Shown: positions 38,816 through 49,397, numbered from the stretch's first letter. The stretch: DNA of 64,000 nt from Candidatus Rifleibacterium amylolyticum (GCA_009917695.1 JAACJG010000014.1:50959-114958), one strand, 5' to 3'. Numbers and translations are program-made. The notes: generated by a model from the sequence alone, not told the origin.

Positions 38816-38916
38816 ATGCCAAATTGCTGATCGGGATGAGAAACTGGAAGATATAAAAAATGTAGTTGTCGCGCTGGGCGGGCAAGTTGAAGAAAGCCAT
38901 GACAGCAAGTCTTTCT

Positions 38917-39285
38917 CTAGTTTTGCAGGGGGCCCGGTTCGATTGCCTGGTGGTCCTCAGGTTTGAGATCTTTGTAAACGTCGTGCCACACATCGAATTT
39001 TTCACCGACTTGCCAGCTTTCGACATCAGTTCTACTTTGCAGCCATGAAATAATTCTCTGCAATCGTTCTTCGCAATGCTCCTGCAGACCAAGTTCGACG
39101 ACTATATCAAGCATGTTTTTGCTACCACCGCCACCGCAGCGGCAGTCATTTGCTTCGACTGCTTCCTCTATGAAAGCATCAAGAAATTTATCAAAATGAT
39201 TACTGCAGTTGCGGTAAATGATGATCTGGCGACCCCATTCCGTGAATTCTCCAACATGTTTCTTTTTGCGCATTCTCTTTTTCAT
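38917..39285 (-). CDS. YggL/DUF469-family protein
   Basis: KRMRKKKHVGEF.E.G, F.D.FI.EAVEAN...GGGG, WL.SR.DV...DVW. Confidence 0.8.
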   Translation of the reverse strand: MKKRMRKKKHVGEFTEWGRQIIIYRNCSNHFDKFLDAFIEEAVEANDCRCGGGGSKNMLDIVVELGLQEHCEERLQRIISWLQSRTDVESWQVGEKFDVWHDVYKDLKPEDHQAIEPGPLQN

Positions 39286-39338
39286 AACGCTTTAATACCC
39301 CTACAATGCTCTCTATCAGGCCATAATAGCTGTTTGAG

Positions 39339-39749
39339 TCAAGATAAGGCCAGTTCAAACTTTTTCTTATTCTTAATTCGATAGATTGTGAAATCTCGAT
39401 CTATAGTGGCGATCCTGGTGATATTTAACTCTTCGGCCAGATAGACGAGACAAGCGTCTGCAAAATCCATGGGAAGATCTTTGTATTTGATAGTAAGATC
39501 TCTAAGTCTATTAAATGCAGGAACTTCTATATTATGGACTTCGACAGCACCCTTGCTGATCCAATCCAGGAAATCAATTTGCGCATTGCGGTTGAAATCC
39601 AGCAAATGAAGGGTTTCGGTGATTGATGCCAAGGTCGTGACAAGAGGCAGCTTGTTTTCTCTAACAAAGTTCACCGCTTTTTTATGATGTTTGTCATCAG
39701 CATCAAATAACGCTATCAGCGGGCCTGAATCAATCAGAATTTTTTGCAT
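39339..39749 (-). CDS. vapC: VapC PIN-domain toxin
   Basis: ILIDSGPLIALFD, ITET, MDFADA, TIDRDF. Confidence 0.9.
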   Translation of the reverse strand: MQKILIDSGPLIALFDADDKHHKKAVNFVRENKLPLVTTLASITETLHLLDFNRNAQIDFLDWISKGAVEVHNIEVPAFNRLRDLTIKYKDLPMDFADACLVYLAEELNITRIATIDRDFTIYRIKNKKKFELALS

Positions 39750-39993
39750 TTCTTTTGTCCTGGAGCTTTTGCTTCAAAATTGCTTTGCGGTTTTCTGACA
39801 GGTTAGACTTGCCGCTGGAATATTTACCAAAAAGAGATTTGCCGGCAGTCCAGGCATTGTTTTGTTCTAATTGCTTAAAATACGCCCTCAGGCTTTTCCG
39901 GACAATTTCAGATTTAGGAATACCCAACATTTCAGCAATGTTATTCAGCTTTTCTTCCATGTCAGGGCTTAATCGTAAAGTTAACATTTTCAC
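39730..39993 (-). CDS. CopG/RHH antitoxin (VapB-like)
   Basis: LTLRL...KSEIVRKSL; operator palindrome TGTATTAC-N5-GTAATACA at 40000-40020. Confidence 0.85.
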   Translation of the reverse strand: MKMLTLRLSPDMEEKLNNIAEMLGIPKSEIVRKSLRAYFKQLEQNNAWTAGKSLFGKYSSGKSNLSENRKAILKQKLQDKRNAKNSD

Positions 39994-40139
39994 ACCCCCT
40001 GTATTACATATAGTAATACAAATGATTCAAGTCTGCAAGCTGTCTTGGAGGCTTCTGGGGGCCGGTGGGCAGAAATTGGCTGCTGATCATGCCGCCAGGT
40101 GGTAAGTGCGGCAGAGTTCAGTTTTTCCCTTATTCGTAT

Positions 40140-40490
40140 TTTATCGCCGGGAAATTGTTCAACTAAAAAAGTGTGAAAGAACCGGGCGACCTCTCGGCAG
40201 TCAAGAATTTATCGAAAAGCTGGAAAAATTAGCAATCGAAGGCTCCTTCCTGGAAAACCGGGGCCAAAAGGAAAACCGCAAGGCCAGGCACTTAAATAAG
40301 ATGTCCCGAATGGCACTAAGATAAGAAGCTGAATTTTGAGAATCGTGCGCGTAATCGATTTGCGCTACTGATTTTTCGATTACGATTACCACTTCGTTGA
40401 TTACTAGCACCGCTTCGCTGAGCACGAGTAAAACATCTGAGCTTAGATCTTTCGTTAACCTAGTGGCATTCTAAGATGTCCCCGGAACTT
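40140..40490 (+). pseudogene. C-terminal remnant of a REP-associated tyrosine transposase (RAYT-like) with adjacent short repeats
   Basis: ERTGRPLGSQEFIEKLE, then frameshifted PGKPGPK; TAAGATGTCCC at 40297 and 40472. Confidence 0.65.
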
Positions 40491-40529
40491 CGAAGCTGAG
40501 AAGCAGCTGGTCGGCATTTTCGTCAACAT
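40490..40529 (+). repeat. 40-bp exact direct repeat, copy 2 (right end of defence island)
   Basis: Identical to 31327-31366. Confidence 0.9.
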
Positions 40530-40597
40530 TTTTGCCGTGGCTGGATCATGATCCGGGCAATATGCTAAACTGATTCCAGAATGCTCAAAGAGGGAAA

Positions 40598-41044
40598 ATG
40601 GGAGGAAATATGACAGATACTACATCCAGAAGATTGATTAACTGTGGTTTGTTTGTTCTGCGTGTTGGCCTTGGGATAATAATGATGATGCACGGAGTTC
40701 CCAAATTGATTGCTGGTCCGGAGTTGTGGGGAAAGCTTGGCATGGCCATGGGCGTATTTGGAATTAACTTTGCTCCCGCCTTCTGGGGGTTCATGGCAGC
40801 TGCTTCTGAGGGAATTGGCGGCCTGTTCCTGCTTCTCGGGGTTGGCGTGCGCATATTTGCGGCCCTGATGTCTTTCACCATGCTGGTGGCCACTTTGATG
40901 CACTATGGGAAGGGTGACAGTTTCGGCGTGTATTCGCACGCCTTATCGCTGGCCATAGTTTTCTTTTCACTGATGTTCTCTGGTGGCGGAGAATGGAGCA
41001 TTGGGGCCAGAATAAAGGCCATATCAGGTCGTTGGTATCAGTAG
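40598..41044 (+). CDS. DoxX-family membrane protein
   Basis: GLFVLRVGLG.....HG.PK, E.IGG..L.LG...R, G.G.WSI. Confidence 0.9.
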   Translation: MGGNMTDTTSRRLINCGLFVLRVGLGIIMMMHGVPKLIAGPELWGKLGMAMGVFGINFAPAFWGFMAAASEGIGGLFLLLGVGVRIFAALMSFTMLVATLMHYGKGDSFGVYSHALSLAIVFFSLMFSGGGEWSIGARIKAISGRWYQ

Positions 41045-41055
41045 GAGAAATCCGA

Positions 41056-42171
41056 ATGGGAAAAATTGTGATAATTGGCGGTGGGTTTGCCGGACTGGCG
41101 GCGGCTGAAGGCCTCGCATGGCAGCGCCATTCCCATGATGTCACGCTTATCGATACCCGTGCGACAAGCCAGTTTTTGCCTCTGCTTCCCGATATCATCG
41201 GGCATTCTCTGCCCCCGGGCATTCTTGGCTACTCCTTGAAAACTGCGGCTCAGCGCTGGGGTTATAACTTTTGCCAGGCGAAGGTTATCAGCGTAGACCT
41301 TCTTCGCAGGATCGTAATAACCGACCAGAAAGAAGTTCCATACGATGGCCTGATCATTGCCAGTGGTTCAGAAACCAGTTTTAAGGCTTGCGAGTCCTGG
41401 CCCCAAAGGCCGCTGATCCTTGATTCTATCGACGACGCCGTTCGCTTGCGCGATCTGGCTGAGATTGATGATAACAGTCATTACGTCGTCTGCGGCGGTG
41501 GTTACACTGGCGTAGAATTGGCTTCAAATCTGAATTATCTCTTTAAACGCAGAAAAAGCCGGAACAGAGTCAGCATAGTCGAACATGGCCGCAATCTCTG
41601 CAAGGCTCTTTCCACAAAACAGATTGCCTTTATCGAGAATGCTGTTCGCCGTGCAGGGATCGAGGTGAAGGTCGGAACAACAGTGGCAGGTTCTGATCAG
41701 GACAGATTATGGCTTGCTGATGGAACAGTAATCTCTCAGGCCCGTGCGATATGGGCCGCCGGGGTCTGTACCGCACAGTTCGTTCAAAGTCTGCCGTTTT
41801 CGAAAACTCGGCAGGGGCGTCTAGAGGTGAATTCATGCCTGGCACTGGAAAGCGGTGTCTTTGCTGCGGGTGACGCATGTGGTTTCAGATCAGGAAAAGA
41901 TGAGCTGCGCATGAGCGTTCAATTCGCTCTAACCCAGGGGTGGCACGCAGCCAGCAACATCCTCAGGTATTTCGAAGGTCGAAATCTGCTTCCTTATAGC
42001 CCGATGGACCCGGGATGGGTCGTTCCACTTGCCAATGGCCGTGGATGCGGCAACATTCTGGGCATGGAGATGTTTGGCCGCCTGCCATATGTGCTTCATA
42101 CGCTGATATGCATGGCGCGTTCTTTCGGCCTTGCTAATCGCCTTCAGCTGGCCAGACACTACGGCAAATGA
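41056..42171 (+). CDS. FAD/NAD(P)-dependent oxidoreductase (NDH-2-like)
   Basis: IGGGFAG, YDGLIIASGS, GGGYTGVELA, IWAAGV, VFAAGD. Confidence 0.9.
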   Translation: MGKIVIIGGGFAGLAAAEGLAWQRHSHDVTLIDTRATSQFLPLLPDIIGHSLPPGILGYSLKTAAQRWGYNFCQAKVISVDLLRRIVITDQKEVPYDGLIIASGSETSFKACESWPQRPLILDSIDDAVRLRDLAEIDDNSHYVVCGGGYTGVELASNLNYLFKRRKSRNRVSIVEHGRNLCKALSTKQIAFIENAVRRAGIEVKVGTTVAGSDQDRLWLADGTVISQARAIWAAGVCTAQFVQSLPFSKTRQGRLEVNSCLALESGVFAAGDACGFRSGKDELRMSVQFALTQGWHAASNILRYFEGRNLLPYSPMDPGWVVPLANGRGCGNILGMEMFGRLPYVLHTLICMARSFGLANRLQLARHYGK

Positions 42172-42374
42172 GCGCCTTTGCTGAGATCCTTCCAAAAATC
42201 TTCTATTTCTTCTGGGCTGCCATAAGCCAGTCCATCACCGGCTAAAATCCACGGTGTATTGTTTGAGAAGACATTTGCTGTCGTGTTAAAATTCTTTCAG
42301 ATCAACAAATTTAGTTGGCAACAGGAAGTTCTAACGCTGTTTTGTTGATGCCAGGACCGACAGGAGAGAAAGTA

Positions 42375-43226
42375 GTGACAAAGAAAATATCTGGCTTTTC
42401 TGGAACTTTGCGAGTGTTTTTTCTTCTGATTATCGCTATATTCTGCTATTCGCAGCTATTTGCCCAGAAGACTTCCGAGCCCCCGGAAAGTATGGACGAT
42501 TTTTTCAGAGAGAACTTTCCGCTCGAATCAACTTTAAAACAGATTGACGCAGATATTGCCAGAAATCCTGGCAATCCGGCTCTCTGGCAGACGCGCGCAA
42601 CGCTGCTGGAATCACATGGCAAAACCGACGAAGCTCTGCTGGCTCTCGAAAAAGCGCTGGCGCTGATACCCGAACCAGCAGCTTCCCAGCCAAATCAGAA
42701 AGGCAAAGTAAGAATAGTTACCGGCCACAACTATGCCGGCGCATTGTTTGATATAGCAAAGATTTATCTGGCGATGAACCGACGTGATGAAGCAAGAAAG
42801 ACGCTTCAGCGTGCGGTGCAGGGCGATTCACCACACATGATGGCCTGCACCTATCTTGGCAATATCTTTCTTGATGAGGGCAATTCTGCCGAGGCCCTTA
42901 AGTATTACAATCTGATGGGCCACAACCTGAGCACCAGCGGTAAGATCAGCAAGGGCAACGCTCTTTACAATCTCAAACGTTACGATGAAGCCATTGCCGA
43001 ATACGAGGTTGCCGCCCATTGGAAGCCTGAATTGCCTTCTGTTTTGCGGCACCTGGGCGACGCTTATCTCAGAGCCGGGCGCTATGCTGATGCGCTGAAT
43101 CTATATCAGCGTTATGTGAAATCTGCCCGCCAGAAAAAGATTCCAGAATCAGAAATAGCGCCGGTTATCAGTCGTCTTGAGCAACTGAAAAAACATCCAA
43201 AATCTGGTTCAACAAAGCATGATTGA
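42375..43226 (+). CDS. Exported TPR-repeat protein
   Basis: Signal-like N-terminus; repeats such as KGNALYNLKRYDEAIAEY; start codon uncertain. Confidence 0.8.
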   Translation: MTKKISGFSGTLRVFFLLIIAIFCYSQLFAQKTSEPPESMDDFFRENFPLESTLKQIDADIARNPGNPALWQTRATLLESHGKTDEALLALEKALALIPEPAASQPNQKGKVRIVTGHNYAGALFDIAKIYLAMNRRDEARKTLQRAVQGDSPHMMACTYLGNIFLDEGNSAEALKYYNLMGHNLSTSGKISKGNALYNLKRYDEAIAEYEVAAHWKPELPSVLRHLGDAYLRAGRYADALNLYQRYVKSARQKKIPESEIAPVISRLEQLKKHPKSGSTKHD

Positions 43227-43308
43227 AGCAGCCAGATATTTTTGTGAAGCCATTATCAGCGAACATGGCGTCAATTCGAACAGCCAAGGCTAAATCTCCG
43301 AGATGGGG

Positions 43309-46221
43309 TTAGAGAAGTGGTTGTTGCAGCTTTGCCGCCTGCACTGCTTCTGACTGAGGTTCTGAATTAAACTGTTTTTCTGCTGCAGCAATGAACTGAC
43401 GCAGTTCTATTTCAAGCTGAATCAGAATTTCACGGGCAGAATCATTTTGACCACTGACAATGGCCTCTTCAATAGACCGGGCCAGTTTTTCAATGGCACC
43501 CACTCCTAGATTACCCGACACTCCGGCAAGATTGTGGGCGAGTATTCTTGCCTCATCGGTTTGCCCCATTTTCAGGGCATTTTGAATCTTTTCGGTAGTA
43601 TCAGCATGGTTGAGACAGAATTTTTTCAGTACTTTAACCAGCATTGCAATGTTGCCGCCGATTCTTTCGCAACTGGCTTCTGCATCCATTCCGGGGATCT
43701 TTGGCAACTCCTGCACTGCTGCTTGCGCAATCTCGCCAACCGATGTGACGCTCCTGTCTCTATGACTCCACTGGAGGAGCTTGCGAAAAAGCATCTGCGG
43801 GTCAATAGGTTTGGTTATGTAATCGTTCATTCCGGCCTGAAGAGCCTTTTCTCTATCGCCAGACATGGCACCGGCGGTCATGGCTACTATGGGCAGCTGA
43901 CGGTATTTTTCCTGAAGTCTGATGGCTCTGGCGGCAGCGTAACCGTCCATTTCAGGCATCTGCACGTCCATCAGAACGCAGTCGAATTGATTCTTTTCAA
44001 GCATCCGCAGAGCAACCATGCCATTATCTGCAATCTCAACTCTGATTCCGGCTCTGACAAGAAGCTCTGAAGCAAAATCCTGATTGATTTCGTTATCTTC
44101 TACCAGCAGAACACTCAACCCTTTTAGCCCGGCAAGAGTTTCCTGACTGAGGATTTTACGTGAACTGCGCCTGGGAATCGACACGTCTTTGTGGAAAACT
44201 GTTAGAATCGTGTCAAGTAGCGTCGACATGGTAAACGGCATTATCAGCAAAGCTTCTAGTTCACTTCCGATGCTCTTTTCCGCAATTATTTCCTGGCCAA
44301 ATGGAACGACGCTGATAATCGGAACATGTCGGCCACTTTCACAACCTGTCAGTGTTGCTTTTTTAATAGCTTTAATTGCCTCTGATCCGCTGATACCAGG
44401 AAATTTCCAGTCGAGAAAAACCAGATCGAACGGGCGATTGGCACCCCGCGATAATAGACGCTCAGATGCCTCTTCTAAAGACCTGGCGGTTGAAACGGCG
44501 AACGAAAGTGACTGCAATTGGGATCTGAATGCATTCAACGCCGATTCACTATCATCAATAACCAGAACGTTGAGACCTCTGAGGTCGGATGTAGGATACA
44601 ACGGTTGACGATCTGCTGCTACAGGCAGTTTTACGGTAATGCTGAAAGCGCTGCCATGATTAAGAGCCGACTCCATTTTAATTTCACCATTCATTGCATC
44701 AATGAGGCGCTTGCAGATTGCCAACCCAAGACCGGTTCCACCGAAACGTCTGGTGATTGAGCTGTCAGCCTGAGTAAACGGATTGAAAATTTTCTGCTGC
44801 TGCTCTTCGGTCATGCCGATGCCAGTGTCGCGGACGGTAAATCGCAACCAGGCAAGATTATCTTCGCGTTTGACAACTTCTGATGAAATGACGATTTCGC
44901 CGGAAGGCGTGTATTTAACAGCATTGTTGGCAAGATTGATCAGGATCTGTTCAAGTCTGAGCGGGTCGCCGATAAGCCTTGCCGGAACGTCAGGTGCGGT
45001 CAAAAACACAACTTCGAGCCCTTTTTCCTGCGCCTTTCCGGTAATAAGATCAGAAAGCTGATCGAGAATATCATCGAGATCGAACTCGATATTTTCAAGA
45101 GTGATTTTTCCTGCTTCAGCCTTGGAAAAGTCGAGAATTTCGTTAATTATACCGAGAAGGTTGTCGGCCGCAACCGTGATTTTTTTCAGATAGCCGCTCT
45201 GGCGTGGAGTCAGTTCGGTCTGCTGGCATAGATAGGCAAGCCCAACGATCGCATTCATCGGTGTTCTAATCTCATGACTCATGTTGGCGAGAAACTGCCC
45301 CTTGACCTCTGTTGCTGCTTCAGCGGTATTCTTTGCATCCTGAAGAGCTTTTTCCATCTCTTTGCGGGTGGTGATGTCCTGTTGTATCGCCATGAAATGC
45401 GTAACTTTTTTCTGATTGTTCAAAACCGGTGATATAGAGGAATCGACCCAGAATATCTCACCATTCTTACGACGGTTGCAGAATTCACCTTTCCAGGTTT
45501 TACCAGAAGCGACAACGGACCAGAGATTGCCGGCCAGGTTAGGCGATTGCTCACAACCTCTGAGAAACCTTGGATTCCTGCCAAGAGCATCTTCTCTGGA
45601 ATAGCCGGTAATCTCTGAAAAACTGTCATTAACATATTCAATCTGACCATTGAGATCGGTTATGATAACCATGATCGGGCTTTGCTCTACAACCTGCGAA
45701 AGCTGCCTGATTTTCTCTCTGGCTTCTCTGCTGGCGGTTATGTTCTCACACACACCAAGCATTCGGAATGGAGCATTATGTTCCTCGCGATACACCTGCC
45801 CCTTTGCCCTCAAATACAGCACCTGGTCATCTTTTCGCCTGATTCTGAATTCAGCTTCAAAAGGGGCGCGGCCTTCCATTGCTGCAAGGGTAGCACTTTC
45901 AAACACCGGTAGATCTTCGGTCAGAATCCGACCGCGAAAACTCTCGCGCGTACCCTCAAAAGTTCCTGGCTGCATGCCAAAAATCTGGTACATGCCTTCA
46001 TCCCATATCATTTTGCCATCAGTCAGCGAAAGATCCCATATTCCGATTCCTGATGAAAGCAGGGCCAGAGCTAGTCTATCCTGGTTTTCCTTGAGGTCGA
46101 GCTCAGCTTTTTTGCGACCTTCGATAGCATTGTGAAGTCGACGGTTGGCGCGATAAAAGATCACGAGAACGATCAGGTCAACAACAAGTATAAGAAAAAA
46201 AAGCTTAATAATGCCTTCCAT
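43309..46221 (-). CDS. Hybrid sensor kinase (TM, 2 PAS, HisKA, HATPase, 2 REC, Hpt)
   Basis: FLANMSHEIRTPMN, GDPLRL.QIL.NL..NAVK, GGTGLGL, LMDVQMP, AHNLAG. Confidence 0.95.
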   Translation of the reverse strand: MEGIIKLFFLILVVDLIVLVIFYRANRRLHNAIEGRKKAELDLKENQDRLALALLSSGIGIWDLSLTDGKMIWDEGMYQIFGMQPGTFEGTRESFRGRILTEDLPVFESATLAAMEGRAPFEAEFRIRRKDDQVLYLRAKGQVYREEHNAPFRMLGVCENITASREAREKIRQLSQVVEQSPIMVIITDLNGQIEYVNDSFSEITGYSREDALGRNPRFLRGCEQSPNLAGNLWSVVASGKTWKGEFCNRRKNGEIFWVDSSISPVLNNQKKVTHFMAIQQDITTRKEMEKALQDAKNTAEAATEVKGQFLANMSHEIRTPMNAIVGLAYLCQQTELTPRQSGYLKKITVAADNLLGIINEILDFSKAEAGKITLENIEFDLDDILDQLSDLITGKAQEKGLEVVFLTAPDVPARLIGDPLRLEQILINLANNAVKYTPSGEIVISSEVVKREDNLAWLRFTVRDTGIGMTEEQQQKIFNPFTQADSSITRRFGGTGLGLAICKRLIDAMNGEIKMESALNHGSAFSITVKLPVAADRQPLYPTSDLRGLNVLVIDDSESALNAFRSQLQSLSFAVSTARSLEEASERLLSRGANRPFDLVFLDWKFPGISGSEAIKAIKKATLTGCESGRHVPIISVVPFGQEIIAEKSIGSELEALLIMPFTMSTLLDTILTVFHKDVSIPRRSSRKILSQETLAGLKGLSVLLVEDNEINQDFASELLVRAGIRVEIADNGMVALRMLEKNQFDCVLMDVQMPEMDGYAAARAIRLQEKYRQLPIVAMTAGAMSGDREKALQAGMNDYITKPIDPQMLFRKLLQWSHRDRSVTSVGEIAQAAVQELPKIPGMDAEASCERIGGNIAMLVKVLKKFCLNHADTTEKIQNALKMGQTDEARILAHNLAGVSGNLGVGAIEKLARSIEEAIVSGQNDSAREILIQLEIELRQFIAAAEKQFNSEPQSEAVQAAKLQQPLL

Positions 46222-46238
46222 TTATGTCACCAGCTTTC

Positions 46239-47249
46239 TCAGGAGATGTATGCGAGCTTTGTCGGGCCTTTGCCCTTCAGATCAACCTCACCCCGGTCGA
46301 CTACATTGAACTGGCCCTGCAACAGATTCAAAGTGTTGTCTGAAACGCATACCCGCATGGGTTCGCTGGCCGTCTGGACTCTGGAAGCAAGATTTACGGT
46401 ATCGCCAAAAACATCATACTGGAACTTTGTAAACCCGACTATTCCGGCTACAACCGGCCCGGAATTGATGCCTATGCGAACCTCCCACTGATGGACGCAA
46501 CCCGCGTTACGCTGGCGCAGAAACGCTATAAATTCAAGACCACATCTGGCAAGTCTGATTGCGTGATCCTGCGAAACCTCCGGCATGCCACAGACACCAA
46601 GATAGGCGTCGCCAATCGTCTTTATACGCTGGGCACCGTTCTTCAGAAGAATGTCGTCGAAGGCAGAGAAAATCTCGGTTAACTCATTCAACAGTGTCTT
46701 TGGCGCAATAGTGGCTGACAAACTGGTAAAATTCACCATATCTGAAAAAAGAACACTGACATCGTCATATTGCTGAGGGGTTGAGATCCCTGTATTCTTG
46801 AGTTCGTCGATTACTTTCTGCGGCAGAATGTTTGCCAGCAGACTCTCACTGCGCTGTCTTGCCCGGACCAGTTCGATGTGGGCACCGACCCGCGCTTTAA
46901 CTACTGCCGGTTTGAATGGTTTGGTGATAAAATCAACCGCGCCTCCTGCCAGTCCTTTTATCTCGTCTTCAGGCTGATTGAGAGATGTCAGAAAAATAAC
47001 AGGAATCAGGCTGGTTTCAGGGTTGGATTTAAGTCTCTGACAGACTTCGAAGCCATTCATTCCCGGCATGCATATATCGAGAAGAATGAGTTCGGGACGG
47101 GGAAGATGTTGCGCGATTGCCAGTGCTTCTTCACCGTTTCTAGCTGTCTGCACCGTATATTTACCTTCGAGCAGACCAGAAATGAAGTCGAGATTTTCGT
47201 CTGAATCATCGACTGCGAGAATAATCGGCCGAGAAGCAACAAAATGCAT
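46239..47249 (-). CDS. Response regulator with class III adenylate/guanylate cyclase domain
   Basis: AVDD...LLDICMP REC; FSDMVNFT, IKTIGDAY, KFQYDVFGDTVNLASR. Confidence 0.93.
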   Translation of the reverse strand: MHFVASRPIILAVDDSDENLDFISGLLEGKYTVQTARNGEEALAIAQHLPRPELILLDICMPGMNGFEVCQRLKSNPETSLIPVIFLTSLNQPEDEIKGLAGGAVDFITKPFKPAVVKARVGAHIELVRARQRSESLLANILPQKVIDELKNTGISTPQQYDDVSVLFSDMVNFTSLSATIAPKTLLNELTEIFSAFDDILLKNGAQRIKTIGDAYLGVCGMPEVSQDHAIRLARCGLEFIAFLRQRNAGCVHQWEVRIGINSGPVVAGIVGFTKFQYDVFGDTVNLASRVQTASEPMRVCVSDNTLNLLQGQFNVVDRGEVDLKGKGPTKLAYIS

Positions 47250-47384
47250 TGTAAGCCCCCTCTTGCGATCCGTTATTGTTTTGTCTGCTTTAATTATCCC
47301 ATATTTTTGTCTGCGTCTCAAGTTGTCGCCTGAACACTTATGTACAGCAGAAGTTCAAAAATTACTGATGGAGGGAACTTTTTG

Positions 47385-47749
47385 TTAGCGGATAATAGCC
47401 TGATGCAGGCTTGCCATAGCGGCTTTCAGCTGATCCTTTTCGCTGGCAGGACTGAGCCTGAGGCCATCATGCTGTTCAACTACCGGCGTAATCGGAGCCA
47501 GATCACCAGCAATTTTCTAATATTTGTTTAACATGATTTAATGCCATACTATTCTTCAAGGATGTGCAGATGTCTTCATATAATCATCAAGTTCAGCGCG
47601 TTCTCTGAAAATCTGTATCTCTCGCCTGAAGTTCTGTATCACTGTTCGATCCTGATTTTTTTTGCACATTTTGCAGCGTCCCTGGCCGCAACAGGAGTCA
47701 GACTGGTTAAAAACAAGTTGTAGATTACGACAATTAAGGCTTTTCGCAT
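47385..47749 (-). pseudogene. Probable decayed gene for an exported protein
   Basis: AGGAG RBS + MRKALIVVIYNLFLTSL signal-like start, interrupted by stops and frameshifts. Confidence 0.35.
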
Positions 47750-47815
47750 TGTTGCTCCTGCTGATTTTGCTTCTGTATCTGACAAATCATTGTCCGGCTG
47801 GCATCAGGAAATAAT

Positions 47816-48466
47816 TTATCGGGAAGGCCGCAGGTAAGATTCTCTCGGTAATTCCATGCCTTTGCGGATCAGTTCGATGCTGCTGAGCAGATGTTTTTCA
47901 ACATCCGGGTCCTGCTTTGTCACCAGCAGCATTTCCATCATCGTGGCTGCATTTTCAGCTTCCAATCCAGTAAAAGTTCCAAGAGCGTTAATGATGTTAA
48001 GATTGGAAGATGTTCTGGCAATTTTAATTTCGGCAGGGCCGGCCTTGGCGTTTATCATCGGCAGCGTGCTGGTGCCCATAAGTTTTTGGAGCAGAGGCTT
48101 GACCGCACTTTCATCATTGATTTGCGCCAGTGCAAAAGCTATTTCGGTGCGATTGAATACAATACCATCACCAGTATCGCGATCATCCGCACCGCTTTGC
48201 AGAGCTTCAAGCAGCGCGTTGACAATCAGAGATCTGTTCGCGGCATTGACCATTTTTGGCAGCAGCTTTGCTGCGTAAATTCTCGTATATTCCTCATAGT
48301 TTCTGGTGGTCAAGGAGGCAAAAAAACCGAGTTCCTCGCCATTGGCATTGTAATATTGGGCCTTGCCATGCAACTGCTCAATAAGCCTGGCAACATCAGG
48401 CTCAGCCCAAAGCTGGCTCCCGCAGCAGACAAAGAGGCTAATCAGAGAAAATTTTATTAATTTCAT
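47816..48466 (-). CDS. Exported HEAT-repeat-like hypothetical protein
   Basis: Signal peptide; R.EIAFALAQIND.SAVKPL. Confidence 0.7.
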   Translation of the reverse strand: MKLIKFSLISLFVCCGSQLWAEPDVARLIEQLHGKAQYYNANGEELGFFASLTTRNYEEYTRIYAAKLLPKMVNAANRSLIVNALLEALQSGADDRDTGDGIVFNRTEIAFALAQINDESAVKPLLQKLMGTSTLPMINAKAGPAEIKIARTSSNLNIINALGTFTGLEAENAATMMEMLLVTKQDPDVEKHLLSSIELIRKGMELPRESYLRPSR

Positions 48467-48533
48467 AACCACTCCAGATCTTTGCATTTCGCAATACGAC
48501 AGAGATATTTACATTAAGTCGCGCTTAAAAGCT

Positions 48534-49325
48534 TCACAGGCCGTAGTATTTCTTCAATTCGGCGTAGAGTTCCGGGTGTTTCTCCTGCATTTTTTCGGGC
48601 TTTTCAAAAAATGTTTCAGTGGCAACAGCGAAAAACTCCGCCGGATTTGTCGCGCCATAGCGATCTAACAGCGTTTTTTTGAAGTTTTCGCTGCGCTTTT
48701 TCAGTTCCTTATAATCCCGGCCGAGAACTCTTGCCCAGGAAGCATAAGAAGTACGCCCCTTAAGAAGCGGCGCCCCATTTCCGCTGCCTGATTCCTGATC
48801 AAGCTGATGGGCAAATTCATGCAAAACCACATCCTGTCCATCGTTGGTGTTTTGAATCCCCTGTAATACGTCGTCCCAGGCCAGAACAACCGTGCCGGAC
48901 ACCCAGGATTCGCCAAGTCGAACAGACTCTTCTACGCTTCCATCAGGGTTGGCAGTTTTTGCGACATAGGCACTTGGATAAACCAGCACAACCTGCAAAA
49001 TATTGAAATAAGAATCATCATCGCTCAACAGCAGCATGGATGCCTGACCTGCAATGGTCAAACGAATCACATCGGTAATTTCCTGGCCGCCACACCCCTC
49101 AAACCTTATTTCATCCAGAAACACCAGAATCTTCTTATGCAGTCTAAGTTTGAGCTTCTCAGGCATACTGGAATAAAAAGGCAGCTGTTTTTCGAGAATC
49201 GCGGCAAAATTATCAGGAAAAGCCTGTTTAACTACTTTTTTGCGACGATTTCGCTTTCTAATATCGGGGTAAAAAGTCAGGAAAATTATTATCAATGCAA
49301 TAATTACAACCAGAAAAAAATACAT
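48534..49325 (-). CDS. MtfA/M90-family zinc peptidase
   Basis: VLVYPS, GESW..GTVVLAW, VVLHEFAHQLD, YGATNPAEFFAVATETFFE. Confidence 0.93.
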   Translation of the reverse strand: MYFFLVVIIALIIIFLTFYPDIRKRNRRKKVVKQAFPDNFAAILEKQLPFYSSMPEKLKLRLHKKILVFLDEIRFEGCGGQEITDVIRLTIAGQASMLLLSDDDSYFNILQVVLVYPSAYVAKTANPDGSVEESVRLGESWVSGTVVLAWDDVLQGIQNTNDGQDVVLHEFAHQLDQESGSGNGAPLLKGRTSYASWARVLGRDYKELKKRSENFKKTLLDRYGATNPAEFFAVATETFFEKPEKMQEKHPELYAELKKYYGL

Positions 49326-49397
49326 GAAATTCTCCGCTTGCTCTGTGGAAATGCATTTACAGCAGACAATGGTAACATAATCTGGAATCAGGTATAC

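Noticed and set aside
42324-42336. GGAAGTTCTAACG match to the 56-bp repeat
   Set aside because: Only 13 bp and no hairpin partner; may be chance
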